From: a virus
Length of the DNA stretch: 64,000 nt
Strand: one strand, 5' to 3'
Virus record (IMG/VR): IMGVR_UViG_3300045988_135522
Shown: positions 61,767-64,000 of the stretch, piece after piece
Position numbering within the stretch: position 1 is the stretch's first letter
Layout of the letters: every line of letters starts with the position of its first letter
Notes under the pieces: generated by a model
Told to the model about the DNA's origin: nothing
What the model saw: only the letters and a program-made list of their open reading frames with translations
The model's database searches: none
Position numbers and translations under genes: made by a program

Positions 61767-61782
61767 TTAAGCTAAAGCTTAA
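61767..61782. repeat. inverted repeat, 7-bp arms, 2-nt centre
   Basis: TTAAGCT aa AGCTTAA. Confidence 0.9.
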
Positions 61783-61891
61783 ATACGCACGCACGTATAA
61801 TGGTGAACCAGAAAGTTAGTGCATATACTATTCTACATCAATGACATTGAAATACCTATTAACTATCACTTGATATCAAACTCTCAAATAT

Positions 61892-62293
61892 ATGGCGAAG
61901 AAAAAGAAAGACAAGTTAAAGGAAGTAAGGAAGGAGTTAGAGACTGGGGATATTCTTGAACCTATGGATATCACCAAACTCGGTTCAGGTAATGACCCTT
62001 GTTTCGGTAAGAATTATGACCTATCAACCAAGGAATGTAAGATGTGCGGAGATTCTGAACTCTGTTGCATTAAGTTCACAGCTCTCATGGGTAAGACTCG
62101 TAAAGAGTTGGAAGCAGAAACTCAATTCAAGGATTTGGAACCTCTGGTGGATATAGAAGGTTGCAAGAAGTATTACCGTAAATTGGTAAGGGATAAACTC
62201 GGTAAGAAAGAAATACTCGATAAACTTCAGAATAAGTTCGAATTATCCCGAAAGGAAGCAAGAGACATTTATCGTAAATTCAACAGTAAATAA
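61892..62293 (+). CDS. Lys-rich, Cys-cluster protein
   Basis: 133 aa. MAKKKKDKLKEVRKE N-terminus. CFGKNYDLSTKECKMCGDSELCC cluster. Confidence 0.55.
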   Translation: MAKKKKDKLKEVRKELETGDILEPMDITKLGSGNDPCFGKNYDLSTKECKMCGDSELCCIKFTALMGKTRKELEAETQFKDLEPLVDIEGCKKYYRKLVRDKLGKKEILDKLQNKFELSRKEARDIYRKFNSK

Positions 62294-62294
62294 C

Positions 62295-62840
62295 ATGGTA
62301 CAATTAGAGTTCACTAAAGTAAGGGAAGTAAAATCCCCCAGTAGAGCAAATGCGGGGGATGCTGGACTAGATTTTCATATCCCTCATTTAACTGCCGAGG
62401 ATATCTTAAATGTTTCTATCAATCGGAATATGTGGGAATACAGGAGAATCCAAATCATTTCCGATCAGAATAAGATATGGGCAGAGTTACAACCTCATGC
62501 CCGAATATTAATCCCTTCAGGCATAAGAGTTCTCATCAATCCCCGGGAATCTATGTTAATGGCCGCAAATAAATCTGGGGTATCAACCAAAGAGGGCTTG
62601 ATATATACTGCTGAGATAGTTGACAGTCCCTATACTGGGGAGATGCACATAGGTATACTTAATACCAATCCTTACGTAGTTAGAATACCTTTGGACAGTG
62701 ATAAGAAATTAATGCAGTTCATTCATGTGCCTATTATACTTTCCACTCCCGTAGAGATAACCTTAGGGGAGTACGAAGAAAAAGCTAAGGATTGGGGAAC
62801 AAGAGGAGACAAAGGATTCGGAGCACACGATAACAAGTAA
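62295..62840 (+). CDS. dut: dUTP diphosphatase (trimeric dUTPase family)
   Basis: ANAGDAGLDF (motif 1/2), IVDSPYTGEMHIGILN (motif 3) and RGDKGFGAHD (motif 5). Confidence 0.75.
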   Translation: MVQLEFTKVREVKSPSRANAGDAGLDFHIPHLTAEDILNVSINRNMWEYRRIQIISDQNKIWAELQPHARILIPSGIRVLINPRESMLMAANKSGVSTKEGLIYTAEIVDSPYTGEMHIGILNTNPYVVRIPLDSDKKLMQFIHVPIILSTPVEITLGEYEEKAKDWGTRGDKGFGAHDNK

Positions 62841-62844
62841 AACC

Positions 62845-63348
62845 ATGGATGATAATATAAGGGGATTCCCAGGTTATCACATTACTAAAGAGGGAAAGTT
62901 ATATAGGTATGGTAAGTTACTCAAAGTTTATCACCATCATAGGTATTTGAGATGTAAGTTACATAACGGTAGTATAAGTAAAAATGTCAAGATACATAGA
63001 TTGGTAGCTGAAGCTTATATACCTAATCCTAATAACTTACCTATAGTAATGCACTTGGACGATAACCCCTTAAATAATATCGTAAGTAACTTGAAGTGGG
63101 GGACCCATAAAGAGAATAGGTATTTAGCTATTGTAAATTGTAAATTACCAAGACTTATAGGTAAAAACAATCCATGCTATGGATTGAGAGGTAGTAAAAA
63201 TCCCAACGCTAAATTAAAACCTGAGGATAGGGTAAAGATAAAAGAGTTACATGTAAAAGGAATAAGTGCTAGAGAAATACGTAACAAGTACTTTCCTAAT
63301 GTATGCGAAGAAACTATACGAAGGACAATTAACCAATGTTTAATCTAA
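62845..63348 (+). CDS. HNH homing endonuclease (NUMOD4 + HNH_3-like), free-standing
   Basis: FPGYHITKEGKLYR and IHRLVAEAYIPNPNNLPIVMHLDDNPLNNIVSNLKWGTHKEN. Inserted between dut and the MazG-like gene. Confidence 0.8.
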   Translation: MDDNIRGFPGYHITKEGKLYRYGKLLKVYHHHRYLRCKLHNGSISKNVKIHRLVAEAYIPNPNNLPIVMHLDDNPLNNIVSNLKWGTHKENRYLAIVNCKLPRLIGKNNPCYGLRGSKNPNAKLKPEDRVKIKELHVKGISAREIRNKYFPNVCEETIRRTINQCLI

Positions 63349-63433
63349 AAAAATACCCGCTTTGGATTCACGTGATATAAAGGAAGAACCGGGAATTATT
63401 CCCGAACACAAGTATCTAGAAGAGATATATCAA

Positions 63434-64000
63434 ATGCAAAAGAACCTCTTGTCTGGGTATATAGGCATAGAGGGGTTACCACAATATCCGGTAGACATCA
63501 ATACAAAGGCTTCTCAAACCCTATTGAAGGACTTTACTGCTCGGGTTATTGAGGAGTTATCCGAGGGGTATGAATCTTTTGAAAATGTTAGAGCTTTATT
63601 CGAAGCCAATCATGCAAAGTTGGTACAAACCCAAGGAGATTGCATAGAGTATACCGAGATACTCAATAATCTGCAGAATGCTAACGAAGAGAATGCGGAT
63701 GCTATCCACTTCTTTATAGAACTGTTAATATATGCCAATATACAGCCAGAAGATATTATGGCATATATGGAGAAGTGGGTAAAGGACAACAATTGTACTC
63801 AATCAGTAGTAGATTCATTAAACAAGAACCATGACGATATCCTGCGTACAGCCATGAATCTTGGAGTAATGTGGATAATGGACGAAGGCGATATCAGTGT
63901 TATATTTCATAACAATGCCACAGACCTAACTAAGTGGTATGAGAACATGGATTCGGAAACACATCTGGATTATAACACAAAGTTACTCGAGGGAGGTAGA
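63434..64000 (+). CDS. MazG-like / all-alpha NTP pyrophosphohydrolase (3' end outside window; start uncertain)
   Basis: The frame is open from 63344 to the window end, so it is absent from the ORF track. First ATG at 63434. LLKDFTARVIEELSEGYESFE ... NEENADAIHFFIELLIYANI resembles the EExxE...ExxD MazG/dimeric-dUTPase pattern. Confidence 0.5.
   Translation, partial: MQKNLLSGYIGIEGLPQYPVDINTKASQTLLKDFTARVIEELSEGYESFENVRALFEANHAKLVQTQGDCIEYTEILNNLQNANEENADAIHFFIELLIYANIQPEDIMAYMEKWVKDNNCTQSVVDSLNKNHDDILRTAMNLGVMWIMDEGDISVIFHNNATDLTKWYENMDSETHLDYNTKLLEGGR

Noticed and set aside
1-64000. Stop-codon reassignment (TAG or TGA recoding), as seen in some gut Bacteroidota phages.
   Set aside because: The late genes (terminase, portal, capsid, sheath, TMP, baseplate) are long and uninterrupted under the standard code, and genes end in all three stop codons. 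The only split genes (13120-13355 and 45843-48039) are interrupted by frame changes, not by in-frame stops.

Overview
The window is a contiguous 64-kb piece of a tailed dsDNA phage with a contractile tail (myovirus type). I infer a Bacteroidota host from three things: repeated TTTG / TAnnTTTG promoters, almost no Shine-Dalgarno sequences, and BACON/Ig-like domains. Layout: (1) 1-18.5 kb, + strand: about 45 small early-type genes in short cassettes, many headed by the same bipartite promoter and closed by hairpin terminators. This part includes a set of extreme-charge (polyacidic or Lys-rich) proteins. (2) 16.4-18.1 kb: an ORF-poor field packed with short repeated words and GC-core palindromes. 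(3) 18.7-23.1 kb: a mostly minus-strand accessory cluster. It contains a self-contained divergent gene pair whose products share an identical 11-residue N-terminus. (4) 22.5-24.1 kb: an HNH homing endonuclease head-to-head with a divergent C5-methyltransferase-like gene. (5) 24.3-34 kb: an OMP-like protein, a large terminase interrupted by an HNH-bearing intein, portal, scaffold-like protein, decoration protein and HK97-type major capsid protein. (6) 34-55 kb: Ig/BACON-like and collagen-like surface proteins, a two-gene membrane/HExxH insert, connector, sheath, tube, chaperone with a -1 frameshift, tape measure, a Mu/P2-like baseplate, amidase endolysin and a fibre. (7) 55-64 kb: a minus-strand sigma-like regulator, DnaB-like helicase, primase, SF2 helicase, a palindrome cluster, dUTPase, a MazG-like gene and two more HNH genes. 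I saw no tRNA, rRNA, CRISPR array, integrase or reverse transcriptase. All family calls come from motif recognition by eye; no database search was run. The best candidates for something undescribed are the twin-N-terminus cassette (19.6-21.0 kb), the repeat field (16.4-18.1 kb), the charged-protein set written in capsid-like codon usage (3.1-5.5 kb and elsewhere), and the palindrome cluster bracketed by alternating purine-pyrimidine repeats (61.6-61.8 kb).
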